A stretch of DNA of 63,163 bases, counting the filler, from Reticulomyxa filosa (lineage: Eukaryota; Protista; Foraminifera), in assembly GCA_000512085.1 (NCBI GenBank). It is 25 parts of 25 records of this genome, joined end to end, with 100 filler letters (N's around TTAATTAATTAA, not from the genome) between each part and the next. Parts side by side here need not be neighbours in the genome. Positions count along the whole stretch, not along the records: positions 34,773 to 36,920 come from ASPP01002542.1; positions 37,021 to 44,227 come from ASPP01022129.1; positions 44,328 to 50,071 come from ASPP01025401.1; positions 50,172 to 51,372 come from ASPP01015361.1; 21 more parts are not named here. One strand, written 5' to 3'. This document shows positions 36,431-50,271 of the stretch, in pieces (position 1 is the stretch's first letter; each line of letters begins with the position of its first letter). The position numbers and the translations under genes were made by a program. Below the pieces are notes generated by a model. It ran no database searches, had not been told where the DNA came from, and saw only the letters and a list, made by a program, of their open reading frames with translations.

Positions 36431-38250
36431 AATGTAAGGAAATAAGTTTGGTGGTTGGCCATAAAGATCATTGTATTTACTTAAGTTTGTGTAAAACATC
36501 AAATTCTATTTTGGTGATATTGGACAGTCGACGAATAAAAATCATTTGATAGTATGAATTCATTTCAATCGATTTTCTAAATTGATAATCAATCTTATCT
36601 TTCTGTCAAAATCAAAAAATGACAAACTTTTAGAACGCTCGTCCACATTTATTTGAGTATATTCTCTTTCTTTATCAAAAATTTAGGCTAGTATTCGTGA
36701 ATAACATTAACTTGGTCGATATACAAAAAAAGATATTTGCAAATAATTGCTTTTTTCAATCCATTTGAGACATCAAGTAACTTATTGATAAATTCATAAA
36801 TGAATTGTTCTTCTTTTTCATTAGTGAAAAAAAAAATTAAACAACTCCAAATTTTAAAATAAATAATTTTAAAAATTGAAACTAAAACAAACTTTGATAA
36901 TGTCTTTTCAATTTAAAAAANNNNNNNNNNNNNNNNNNNNNNNNNNNNNNNNNNNNNNNNNNNNTTAATTAATTAANNNNNNNNNNNNNNNNNNNNNNNN
37001 NNNNNNNNNNNNNNNNNNNNGTTTAATGTTCGAATCCAATGATGGATAATGATTTGGGTCTCTTTTTCTTCTTTTGACTGTTTCAGTCGTAAAGCAAAAT
37101 AAAAAAATAATAATAACAAAATATAAAAACAAGTTAAACGAAACTTTCATTACTAAGCTAGCGTACCTTTTTTTTTCCTTGAGATGATCTTTGATAATGC
37201 AAAGATGATGAAAAAGATGCTTTTCAACTTTTTTTTTTAAGACTAAGGGTCAATAAAAATTCTTTGTATGTTATTTTTTTGTATAGTATTAACATCCATT
37301 ATTTATACATTCACGCCAATGTAATTTTTTTCTGTAGGAAAGAGTACTTTTTTTATTATTGCAAATAATTGACAAATCTCTAAATTATACAAAGAGAATA
37401 TGAGTATTATTGATGAAAGAAAATGACTAAAATAATTTTAATTTCTTATTATCCTTGCTTCTTTGCTAGCAGACAAGGTTTTGTTTTCCTTGAATTATTG
37501 AATTTTAATACATGGAACTTTTTTCTAAAGAATGCATCAACCGACTATGATTTTTTTCCTAAAAGAAAATTCTATATTACTGTCTTTGGGTGTAACATGT
37601 TACATGTGCATACTGACTAAATGATGAAATATTTTTACGTACTAATATATTGATTTTGTTCAATTTGTCTTTCACGAAGTTTATGTATTTTAGTTCGACT
37701 AGACATGTTGTTAATGTTGCTAAATTTTTTAAGTAGTTAACTTTTTAAAAAAGTGAGATTTGACATGATCCTTTTAAAAAAAGGTATTCTACATTACAAT
37801 AAAATAATATAACAAAAGGCAAAATGTAGAAATGTAAAACGACTGTTTTTTTTACATTTTTAAACATATTCAGTTGCTGAAATGCTACTTTCATTCCTCA
37901 ATTTCATTATATTGAGATAAAAAATTTCAAACAGTTTTTCGCTTATGTCATTATCCAGCTTTTTTTATTAAAATGAGTTCAAGGGATAAATAATTGTTTA
38001 TATCCCTTTTGCAGAAACGAGGGGGAAGAGAAAAATATTGAGAAAAAGAAATTGTTAAATGCTTGGAGATTATGTTTGCATTGTAGCACTTCAAAAAAAA
38101 TATTGATTTTTCACTAGTAAAACTGCAGCTGTTTGTAGAAGTTCGTTCTAGGGAGAACTTTTTCTTTTTTGCGGTCGATGGTGTCAAATCTCTCTATTGC
38201 TTGTAGTAATTGTTTTTTTTTTTAAGTGTGGCTTGTTCTGGAATACTAGC

Positions 38251-39699
38251 ATGTCAAAAGATATTGTGATTTCAAGGAACTATACATGGGAGGACGGTCT
38301 CTCTGATCTCCTTAGTTTTGGCCTCAAACAAGAGCAAATAAATTGGAACAAGCTTCGTTTTGCGTCAGAAGGATGTAAGTTGTTGTCTATATCTTCCTTT
38401 ATTTAGCTGTTTCAAGTAATGAGCAAAACAAAAAAGTTAGACAATGGTGCAACAGAGCCAATTTTACGAAAGTATGGGATAAATGGTTTGACAATGAGTT
38501 TACAGCGCTTTTGTTGCAGAATGAAGTGTGGTATGATCAGAAGTTGATGGAAGAGTGGTGTAGCATAATGGATATTTCGTTGGAAAAGATAGGATCCAAA
38601 TTAGAAGAAAAAATTCAAAGAGTTTCATATTTATATACATGTTTGATTATTTGGCTCTACTTTTTCTCGACTCACTCTATTTTTTTTTTTTTTTATAAAT
38701 GGAATGAAATGAGCCTTAAATGGTTTGCAGAAAATGTTTCAACCATTGATCATGGTGTTCACTCATTACAATTTTGTTCGCGATGGACACAGAAAGCTTC
38801 TTGATGTCATTGGTTGGAAGCAAAGAAAACATATATATATTGATTTCAAGAATGAAGACAGAATAGCATTGTTCGATGACATGACATCGGCATTTGATGT
38901 TGTGACAAATAGCGAAAATGGACTGTTCAAGAATTGCAATGTAAAATTGTGGGGTGGCCCAATAAGTATGCCCACTTTTATCCGAGTCAAATATCCTTGC
39001 ACAGATAATGGCTATTCTTATTGTTTGGAAGAGATGTTGACAAAAACAATATGCTCTAATAATTTGAATGATGTGACAGAAACAACTACAAAAGTAAGTG
39101 GCTCCAGCGCATGTTCAAGAGAAAATATCATGGATTGCAGAGTTATATTTCGTTATCACGAGAAATTACCAATGCGATATCATTTATTGCAACTTATTGT
39201 GAAAGATCCAAAACCCGTTATGAAAAAATTGGAACATTTGAACATGCCTGCATATATATTACCGATATTTTATCTAAAGGAGGTGTTATCGAAAGTAGTC
39301 GAACATTGGCTACGTACATGCACTGCATTTATTGACAACAACAGCAAATGTTCTATTGCAACATCTGCTATTTGTTTGGATCTAATTCTTGGTTATTATG
39401 GATTTGTTAAAAAAAAAATGGAGATTCCTGATCATAGCAATCTAATGGATGATTATAATTCTTTAAAACGACCTACCTTACGTTTTATTTGCGAATATTA
39501 TCATTTCACGCAAGACGTTCCAGAATATTTCTTTGAAATGTTAAAGTTTACATCAAAACCAAAGAAATTTTGCAAAAAACAAAAGCGAGAAAAATATATT
39601 GAAAAACCCTATCAAATTCGTACTTTTCATGGAAAATCAAACCACATAAAATTGAGATCAAATTATCAAACATACAGGCGAATGAGACTACGCATTTGA
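38251..39699 (+). CDS. Hypothetical protein of a lineage-specific family, 3 exons, apparent 1-nt frameshift in exon 1
   Basis: Exons 38251-38374, 38441-38621 and 38731-39699. Exon 1 and 2 phases agree only if one base is added near the T-run at 38358-38361. Exon 3 has about 322 open codons. Confidence 0.6.
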
Positions 39700-40531
39700 A
39701 ATTAGATACAACCATTTGAATATCATATTTCTGTGTAGTTAATTCATGTGGCTCTAAAAAATAGCCACTCAAGTCGTTTAAAATTTTTTCTAATACTGTC
39801 ATTCACATGAATTCTATAACAAATTAATATCAATTTTATGTCGAAAATATCTGAAACTGTTACTAAATGGCAAACAAGTGTCGAAATTATTTTCCTAAAG
39901 GGCAAATGTACATTAAAAAATTTCTCCATCTGTAAATTATGGCGCTGTTCTCATATTGGAAGCCGTTCAAAAAAAAAACTAATGTGTGGATGTTATTTAT
40001 GAAATATTTGTATCCATTGCATATTTTGGTATTGCTACAAGTTTAATGACGTGATGAATTTCAATAGAAGTCTGTAAACCAAATTGTTTTGCACGAGTAA
40101 AAAATTAGAGGATAAAAGTTCAAGAATTAAAAAGGGATCATTTGACACGCATTTAAATATTGCTTGTTGTAAAATCTATTTTTTATGGTATTTAATCAAA
40201 TTTTCAAGATTTCTATCACGTTTGAGGAATTTTGATGTGTTCCTTTGTTATCTTTCTCAGGATCTTATTCGAAATTGAGGATAGTTTCGTATTTTATATT
40301 CAAAATTTTTTTGACTGATCTCTTCTTTTGAATCAAAATTGAAATAATCTTCAAATGATTTTTCATTAAATCTTTGCAAGAAGTTTTTGAAAGATTGCTG
40401 TTATTAAAAAAGACTAAAATGAATTGTTTTCGTAATTCTTTAGGCTCTTCACGGAGAGAAAAAGTTCAAATTTTTTAATCTTATATCATCATCTACAAGA
40501 AACTCAAGAGAAAAACAACAGAAGTTGCAAA

Positions 40532-41921
40532 ATGGGCAATTCTCTTGAAAAAAAAGTATCTTCAACGCAACAACTAGTGGTAAGTTCACATCATCACGTC
40601 CTTTAGCAAAGCTAGTTGTTATTTAAGATTTGATTGAATGTGATTTCAGATAAGTCTATCAGAAGAAGAAGAAATTAAAATAATTGTTAAATGTTGGCTT
40701 CGAATATCAAATATTAAATTAGGATGGATCCGTGATTTTGATAAAATTGTTGCCAATTATGTTACGTATGCTTGGTTTTTTATTTTTTATTCAATAGCAA
40801 TTAAATATTTATATTTAACACACAGGCAACTGCATTCTTGATGCTTAATACATTTTATTCATCATCTAAATTACTCAAAACATTTAAAGGACATATTAAT
40901 TGGGTGTTAAGTATTGATTGCTCAGTATTTGATTGTGACCAGTTCATTTGTTCTGGATCAAATGATAAAACAGTTCGTGTATATGATGTAGAGACAGACA
41001 GGACAAATAAAATTATTCAATGGACATTCAAATGTTGTGCGTTGTGTGAAATTTTCATTATATCATTATCATAAATATCGTAGTAAAGTCATTTGTTCTT
41101 CATCTGATGACAAAACTATTCGTTTTTGGGATATCAAAGGTAATGAACAATTGCAATTGCTTAATGGACACAAAGATCGAATTTATGGTATTGAATTTTC
41201 ATCATTTAGTATTGGTCGATATTTGTGTTCTGGATCTGATGATCATACTATTCGTTTATGGGACGTTGAAACATCCAAATTATTGCATATTTTTGATGGA
41301 CATACACATGGCATTTGGTGTGTTGATATTTCACCACTACAAAGCAACAATAGTAATGATAATAAAAGTAATAGTATTGGTGTGATTGGTGGAAATGGAT
41401 ATACTATCTGTTCTGGATCATGTGATAAAACAATTCGTATATGGGATATTGAAACAGCCAAACAATTAATTTTATTTAAAGGACATGAAGGTACAGTTAG
41501 AAGTGTAAAATATGGGTCAAATAAATTAGGAATAAATGGTGGTTCAAATACAATATTATCTGGATCAAATGATAAAAGCATTCGTTTGTGGGACATTCGA
41601 TCAAGTCAACAAATTCAAGTATTCAATGGACATAAAAATGTTGTAACATGTGTTGAATATTCACCATTTGTAGTAAATAATATCGAACATTGTGGTAATT
41701 CAAATGTTATATGCTCTGGATCAAGTGATGGAACAATTCAATTTTGGGATATTCGATCAAATAAGGAAAAATTATATGTGATTAATGGAGATATAGAAAA
41801 TTTTGGAGTATATTGTCTTAAATTTGTACAATTTAAAAAGAAAGGGAAAATAATCAACAATAACGATAATATCAATATGTGTTATGGTTTATATAATGGC
41901 TCTATATGTACTTGGGGGTAG
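40532..41921 (+). pseudogene. WD40-repeat gene of the amplified family with one frameshift (~41000); young pseudogene or sequencing error
   Basis: Exons 40532-40579 (MGNSLEKKVSSTQQLV), 40650-40760 and 40826-41921 splice in phase 0. Repeats follow GH...ICSGSxDKTIRxWD. The frame switches between YDVETDR and QIKLFNGHSNVVRCVKFS. Confidence 0.85.
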
Positions 41922-42419
41922 TGTCATTTTTTAAGCAGTAGCGAAAAAACTATTCTTTTTCTGTGAAATAATAAAATAAAAGAAGAAGTGATCAAATTAC
42001 TACTTATTCAACAGATAATATTTTTTTTCAGATCATTGCACATAAAAAGCAGCTGTTATTCTTATCATTACTCAAAAGCTTACTTTTGAGATTAAATATG
42101 TTAATGTTTGATCATTGACACATTAGAGTTTTTATCTTTCAAACTAAAAATGATTAGTCACTTCATAATTTTACACTGAGCTCTAAAAGAATCTTTTTTG
42201 ACCTGCCAGATCAAGCGTTTCTCTTTACAGTTCCATTGCGTTTATACTACTGTAATTACAACAATTGACAGCCATTACGACGACTAGAAGTTGATGTCTG
42301 CAACGTCGACACAGCAGTTAAACCCGGATCCAAATAACAAACTAGATGCCAAAAGCCAAACTGTTTATTGACTAGCCGTGGTCCATCGTCGAAACAACAA
42401 CGCAAAAACAAAAAAGAAA

Positions 42420-42590
42420 TGTCAATACAACTATCATTGATAAAAAAATCTTTTCCATCTTTCCAAAGCTGGTCATCTATTGTATTTGATTTGTGTTTGT
42501 GATTGAACTAATCAGACGAAGAAGATATTCAAAAAATTATCTAACATTGACTTCGAAAATCAAACATTAAATTAGAATTGATTTGTATGT
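42420..42590 (+). pseudogene. Remnant of a second WD40-family leader
   Basis: DEEDIQKII*H*LRKSNIKLELI is homologous to exon 40650-40760. A further WD remnant (gatcgatatttgtgttctg...attgaaacatccaaa) lies near 43650-43720. Confidence 0.6.
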
Positions 42591-45500
42591 ACTTATAATT
42601 CTTTTTCTTTTTTTATATCCAATGCCAAACAAGTCAAGCTAATTCAAAAGCATAAGAACTAAATTTTTTTTGTAGTAAAATTGTTTTTAATGAAAATTAC
42701 AATTTGGTTAAATCACTTTTTGCCTTGTGTAATGCTTGTGTTCTATCTGACATTGACTTTGTTAAGTTTGTGTATGTCTCTTTGTCAATTTTTTAAAATT
42801 CTAATTCAAATTGTTTCTAAAGTTCTTCTTTTGATATGAATGGTCTATTTTTGAATATTTTTGTTTTCACTATCCACTACAGATTTTAGATTTAGTTCAA
42901 ACCCGAAGAATTTAGATTTAAATTCAATACATTGATAGCATTTTATTCAAAATATTCTTTTGCTGTAATTGCTATGTCAGAAAATCAATCATCTATATAA
43001 GTTACAGTTTTATGTCAACTTTACTTTGCATTCTACTGTAGTACATTGATATGGCAATATTGACTGAATCAAACACTATCATCAATACAATAAACAATCA
43101 ACAAAAGATACTTAATCACTTGTTTATTATCTATATTTTAAAATGTTGGAAACTTGTAAAATAGTAATGATACCAACTATATAAGTAAAAATATAGCGTA
43201 GTAATAACGACAATGACAACGCAATACTAAATAAAAATGTAAATATAAAGGATATACATCTACATAATAACGAAATACTACATTTAGTTCGATTACCTAT
43301 GTTGTAAATGTTTTGAAGTCTTTTACTTTAATTTTTTTAAAAAAAAATTGTGGTGACCCTTTTGAAAAAACAAAAAGTGTTTATGTTATTGACATTTTTT
43401 TGATTAATAAAATAAAAAAAATTACACCTAATTGAATAAAAGAATAATTAATCAATGACAAAATATTCAAATATCGATTAAAATTAAAAGCAACGAACTT
43501 AGTACACACAGATTGGAGACTAAAACAGTTTTTTCAAAACTTTTGTAAATCTCCACAAATGATTGAAAGAAGTTAAAAAGGTAATTGTTAGAAGTTAGTG
43601 CAGTTGATCCTCAAGCTTCAATTTTTTTTTTTACGTACTTATTATGTCCAGCAGCATTGAATTTTTATCATTTATAATGATCGATATTTGTGTTCTGAAT
43701 ATTGAAACATCCAAATCATTTATTACATGCAGTAGTATTTTTCGTTGCTATTAGTGAACATTCTTTCTTTTTTTCTTGTTGTTTTGTACTGGTCATTTAC
43801 TTTACTTTTGCATTGCTTTGAAAAAGAAATTACATGTTTCTTTCTTACTGTAAGTAGATTTTAGTTCTTTAAAAATATCCATAGAATTAAAATAAATTAC
43901 TGTACTCATACAAAGAAGGCGCTCTAACGATATCTTCACAATATTGTGGAACCTTTTTTTTTTATAAATAAAAAAGAATTCTTAACATTTAATTTCAAGG
44001 TAGACCATTGGATTGTATATATATGTTTGGACATTGTAATTTTTGCCATTACAGTACAAATGTGAGTATTTAAAGAAAAGGGGTTATTTTTTTTTTTTTG
44101 CAAAGTATAGATATGCTTTTTAATATAAAATGCAGCGAGTGACTGCGAAGGTGTTTTCAAGTCTTTCATCCTTCCCAGAGGATCCAAAGAAAACGACATT
44201 TCTCAGCTCTCATGATGCGCCGAAGAGNNNNNNNNNNNNNNNNNNNNNNNNNNNNNNNNNNNNNNNNNNNNTTAATTAATTAANNNNNNNNNNNNNNNNN
44301 NNNNNNNNNNNNNNNNNNNNNNNNNNNCATTCTCTTTCCAAGGTGAAAAGGATATTTACCATCCAACTTTTTTTTAAGGTGTTAAAAAAAAAAAAAGAAG
44401 ACAAAAGCAAAAAGAAATAGTTTATTTCAGGCGGCGCCAATGGCGCAGTCTAAATCAAACTTTTTCTTTTTCGCTTTTCCCTTCTTTTTTTATTTTTTAA
44501 TATTGAAGCTGTAGTGTTTAACAAACTATAATTTATAATTTGATATTTGGTTTGTTTTTTTGCAAATTATTTTAAATTCAATGTTTACTTTTCGAAGAAA
44601 TGCTTATTATTGTGATGTTAGAAGAAACATTGGTCATTATTGTAATTTTTTTGTTGCTTTTTAAATATTGCTAGTTATTGAAATTGAGTTGAACAATTTT
44701 AATGATTTGTATTGTCTTCATTTGTAATTTATCTTTCAATTTACATAACTTTATCATTATCAACGCAAAGAATTTTTTTTTTATCGGAATTGTTTTTTGT
44801 GTTGTCCAAGATTTTACTCATTTTGAATTTTTTTTTTGTCAGATATTATGGAAAAAATTTTATGTTGTGAATAGACATTTTGTTATTTATGTGTTTACTT
44901 ATTATTTTTTACAAGTTTTGCTATACGGTACCCGTTTAGTTTAATATACTTTGAATTCAAAGTAACTTTATTTTTATTTTGATTGGATTGGAGTTAATAA
45001 AGAATTTTGCAGTTTCCTGTACTATCAGGACAAGTTTTTTTAATTATCAAATGGAAAAGATATAGAATTATTCACACAACCAATTTTGTAGAACATCTTC
45101 ATTCATTCATATATATCAAAAAAGATCCAAGATTTAGAAAATGGATTATATGGTTCGTCTCGATAATGCCATTTGACTTGCCTTATGAACATGTCAGACT
45201 TGACAAGCCGACAAAAGTATTTGTTTGTTGATTTGTAAATGAAATACTTAAAAAGTTGAACAAGAGATTTCGAATTTGTTCAAAGAAAAAAATATCAGGA
45301 ATTTGACTAAATTAAAAAATTTGTTTTGATGATGGAGGAACTTCGAATCATGAAAGAGTAAAAGAAAGAACATTAAATCAATATTATCAAACTATTAAAA
45401 AAATAAATGCTTGTAGGTGAAGTCCAAAAAGACATGACACAAAACTTGGCTCCTCAATAGACAAAATATATCAACTGATTACTTCGATTGTATGATTGTG

Positions 45501-46005
45501 TCCTTTGTTTGAGTCAGTCAAAGTGGATTGACAAACGCCAAGAAGACATCAACAGTAGTTTGATAGATATCATAAACAAAACTATTTGATGCATTTTTTA
45601 TAAATGAAAAAATTGATTCCGCACAAAGTATCTTGTAAGGTTTATAATAAAAAAAAGTTAAAAAGTAAATCAAAGCTGTTTATCCTACATTTTGGAACCT
45701 TTCCAAAAATTTCGTTAAACAATTTTTTTTGCAACTTTTTGAATATGTTCATTGTTTTAATCTGTTGTGTTTGTTAAACTTGAAGGGTACAATTTGTAAT
45801 AGTGATTTTCAAAGACATATTATGCATCTAGTAGTCTTTTTGAAAATATACACTCAATAACAATGTATTATATTTCTGAATGAGCTTTAATTGATTTGTC
45901 TGAAGCTTGACGTTTGCAAATTAGATCTTCGCAACGTGGGGCTTGCAAATTGATAAAAAAATCATTTAAAAGGCTTGTGATATTGGTGACAGAATTTGCA
46001 TAAAA

Positions 46006-49000
46006 ATGACTTTTCGAGAATTGTTGACTGTTTATGCATATGCTTGTATGTATATTGTAGATTTTTTGCATATTTAGATTTTCTGGCCTGGTTAAACAAA
46101 GAAACAAAAACAACTTGGCACGGACGACATACAGGGCTTATGGTAATAACCAGGAGCCAAAGCACAACAATAAAATTTAATCCACAGTTTGAAGGGTCTC
46201 TAGAGTATTCAACGGGATGTCCAGTTTCTGGATGTAGTGTGTTTGTCACACTTAATTTTACGAGCAAATGCACTAATCCTTTGTTGTCATTGAACTATAT
46301 CTTGACAGGTCTGACTGATGGCATTATTTAAAAAAAAAAAAATAGTGTACACCAGCGCATGCAAAAAAAAAAAAAAAAAAAAAAATAGACTTCAATGAGT
46401 CATCCAAATATATGACCGTGGATATTAACGGAGTTCGTTTAGGTTTGTGTGGTGGACCTCTGGAAAATTACAAGAGCGGTGACAAGTACTCTTGTTTTAA
46501 CGATCTTAGTTTGTACGAAGTGACCGGGTCCAATCCCTCATTATTGACAATACAATTGGGAATTAGTGATCAAGTGTCAACAAGGCCAAGTGAAGGGATG
46601 CTCTTAAATGCGACACTTTTTTTGAAATGCACTAGTTTTGCAATATACAAAATATGCAAGTGATCTTTTCTACGAAGCACAATAACGAGATTTGATTGCA
46701 GCTGTATATATGTATACGTATACATTACACATATACACATATAAAGATTCAGCACCTCCACCGTTTGATATCGTTGATCTGACACAACAATCTGTAAGTG
46801 TTTTATCACAATGTCTGCTTCCAGGATGCCAACGCAAAATAAACTTTTATTTGATCGAGCCTACTTTATGTAAATATCCTTTGTTGACAGTTGAATTTTG
46901 GCCGACAGGTTGTTTTATTTTGTTTGTAACAAATGAAATACGACATAATTCATTTGGACGATTACTTTGTGTTATTACATATACATATGTACATATGTAT
47001 ATATGTACATATATACATATATGTGTATATGTATATAAATTGAATAGACTTTGATCAAGAAGATGAATACTTGAGTGTATATATCGAAGATATCACTGAC
47101 AGTTGGAATGATAAACTCATTGGAATATGTGAGTGCAATTTGGCCCGCGATTCAACTGAGTTGTATCGATGCTTTGACAGACTCGACATTAGCGATTGGA
47201 CAGGAATGAACTGGTCGTCGATATCTCTGTTTGTGGATATCTCCCCCGCGGTCGACCTCAAGTGGTTGGATGGTGGCAACAGTCCATTTCGATTGGATGC
47301 CAACATTACATTGGAATGTACGTCGTCATCATCATCATCATCATCGCAAATGAACCAGTTTGATTCCTTGGTCATTCCATCGTCGAATCCAAGCAACGTA
47401 TCCTTTCAATTGACGTGTCATAAAACCAACTGTCAACACCAATTGCAAGTTGCAATTGAAGATGTTATTCAATGTCCCTACGTGATCACCTCATTGCAAT
47501 ATTATACCAACAGTTGTTGTTTTTTTTTTCTTTTTCTTTTTCTTTTTCATTGGATTGAGACCAACTGTGATAAATGCGTCGATATGTGGAATAGACTTTG
47601 CGCAGAATGTTCTAAGCATCGAAATAGACAACCACTTGCTTGGCCGTTGTCAAGTCACAAATGACCAAGATGCTGCCAACCAAGGTTGGTATCGTGCTTC
47701 CACTCCCTCGAATTGAACGCTTTGATGCGCAATCAAACGTCGTTCCAATGGTCCATGCATTTGGCCCACGGATTGCAATTGGACCACATTTCCCACGGCG
47801 TTGTCATGCTATTGCAAGCCAACTTTTCTTGTGCCAACCAATCCAGTTCTTTTTCCAATCACTTATAAAAAACACACAAACAAGTCTCATATCAATTATG
47901 TGTGTGTGTGTGTGTATATTTCTTTTTTTGTTAAGTGCAAGTGCTGAATTCATCCACTGCTTTAACCACTTATTCTCAAAGTCAATACAAATGTGTGTCC
48001 GCAGGGTGCACCGCATCTTCGCATACTCAATTACCTTCATCTTCATCTTTATCTTGTTCGGCCTTGTTACTCTCGCTTGACTTCTGGCTGACAGGTTCTT
48101 TTTTATTATTTTATTTTGTGTATTTATTTATCTGCTTGTTTGTCCATATATGCCATTGTTTTTTTTTTTTTTTTGTGAACAAGACTATCTCACTTCTTCG
48201 CAATATTTAATGATATGGCTAAATGGAATGTACTTTGGCCGCTGTGGAGGAAACATGAACGCGACTCGCGGGAGCTTGTGCAATTGTGTGACGTCGGCAG
48301 ACATCTCCGAATGGACCCAGACATTGCCGTCGCTCGACATCACGCTGTCGACCACGAACGATGTCTGTGGGCTGACCCAGGCGGTACAACAACACTTGTT
48401 GAATGCGCGGACCTCATTGCATTGCATCTCAAATCCACATCAAACGCCACAAGCTACCATCGATCTCTCCACTCCCGTCGCCGCAAAGACCAATCAATCC
48501 CTACCCCTTCGTTGCACCGGGGTCGGATGCAATGCCACCGCCACTTTCTATATTGTCAACACAAAACTCTGTCCGGATTCCATTCTTTCTGTTCAATTCT
48601 GGTCCACCGGTTCGTCTACTACTACTACTACTACTATTTACTATTACTTAATCCATATATATATATATATTTTTTTTTATCAGTTCTTCCTAAAGATATA
48701 CGTATACGTATTGCTTGTTTATCCTTTAATGAACAAGGCTTTGACACGGTGAATAATTACGTGGACGTATATGTGAATGGAGAAGCCATTCAACGATGCT
48801 TTGGTAGCCAACACCAATCCGAACTGTTTCATTGCATTCAAAACCGCAATGTCCGTCAGTACTTGGCGCCTTCTGCAAGCACGACGACGATCGACAATGG
48901 CAGCTTGTCCATTCGCTTGCAACTGTCCCACAACTCCGATTGGTTGAATCATGCAAAAAATATCACAATGTTGGATTCCATTGTCACGCTTACTTGCGCT

Positions 49001-50004
49001 CTTTCCTTAAGTTGGCATTTCCCACTTCTTCCTGCTCGCCATATTATTGTACATACAAATCTGCAAGCAAACCAAACAAACAAATACACATATATATATA
49101 TATATATATATGTATATTTGTTTGTTTGCTTTGCTTGTTTTTGACAAAAAAAAAATATATATATACAATGAATGAAACCAGATGCCAACGACTCTGAAAC
49201 AAATTCCACAAACACGGTGATAAGTTTGCAAATAAGTATCAAAAAAATGGACTCTTTGCAAATTGATAAAAATACAGGGATTTTATTGAGACAGTTTCGG
49301 TTTGCATTGGACAACTGCATTCGATACATTGGCAAAACGAGCAGCTATTCGTACACGCTAGACAAAGGCCCGTTGACGACTATTCACACCACTTATGAGA
49401 GTAAATTAAGCATGTGGATCGTTGCCTCGACGTACACTGAAGCAATCGAAATTATCGACATCGTAGCGGAGCAATTCTTTTTATTTGTTTTTCAAGAGTC
49501 TCTCAGGGGCACCCCTTTTCAAAATGCAATCATTGATAGTATTTCTGAAATACAAATGATCGCTGCCATCCCTCCAAGTTAAGCATTCTTTGCAAATTAT
49601 ATTTTGAAGAGATTATTATAAATTTACATGTCCATACACAATACGTATCATAACGTGGTGGGGGGGATTTGTTTGTACGTTGTGAACCTCTTTGAAAGCA
49701 CCAAGACCGACTGCATATCCGACACATATTTTAACCACTGAAGTAAATGTCGAAACGACAACAGTAACGTCGAATGAAACGCATGTACGCTCAGAGGTCT
49801 CCTCTCCTCCTCCTCGACGCTGGAATTGGCTAGAGATTTTGGGCGTCGTTGGATTGGTGGTTGTCACTATTTTGGTTGTTTTGTTTTGCTATTTTGGCTT
49901 TACCAACATATCTCACTTTCAGAATTGGCTGCGTTACGGAAAACCTGTTCCAACAGAAGGCATCGAGCACTCAGGGACTGACAGTCTCAAACGTAACAGA
50001 AAAC
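46006..50004 (+). CDS. Type I membrane protein: signal peptide, 5 tandem six-Cys modules, juxtamembrane domain, Thr/Pro stalk, TM helix and cytoplasmic tail; 3' partial
   Basis: Exons 46006-46045, 46135-46308, 46389-46634, 46747-46908, 47048-47512, 47595-47845, 47936-48094, 48184-48609, 48738-49010, 49182-49577 and 49699-50004, all GT-AG and phase 1. Signal-like start MTFRELLTVYAYAWLMVITRS; TM ILGVVGLVVVTILVVLFCYFGF. One frameshift near 47695. Confidence 0.8.
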
Positions 50005-50025
50005 GTATGTTGATCTCACCTCAAA

Positions 50026-50056
<31 letters not shown>

Positions 50057-50174
50057 TCCTCCCCTTTTTTTNNNNNNNNNNNNNNNNNNNNNNNNNNNNN
50101 NNNNNNNNNNNNNNNTTAATTAATTAANNNNNNNNNNNNNNNNNNNNNNNNNNNNNNNNNNNNNNNNNNNNTTT

Positions 50175-50215
<41 letters not shown>

Positions 50216-50271
50216 AATACTCGACATTGTTTACAAAAACCTGAAAAAAAAAAAAAAAAAAAAAAAAAAAG

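Noticed and set aside
44130-44227. Open GC-richer frame MQRVTAKVFSSLSSFPEDPKK at a contig end
   Set aside because: Only 32 codons; it may be an exon but cannot be supported.
44430-44450. GCGCCAATGGCGCAGT resembling a tRNA 5' end / A-box
   Set aside because: No anticodon arm, T-arm (GTTCRA) or complementary acceptor strand follows.
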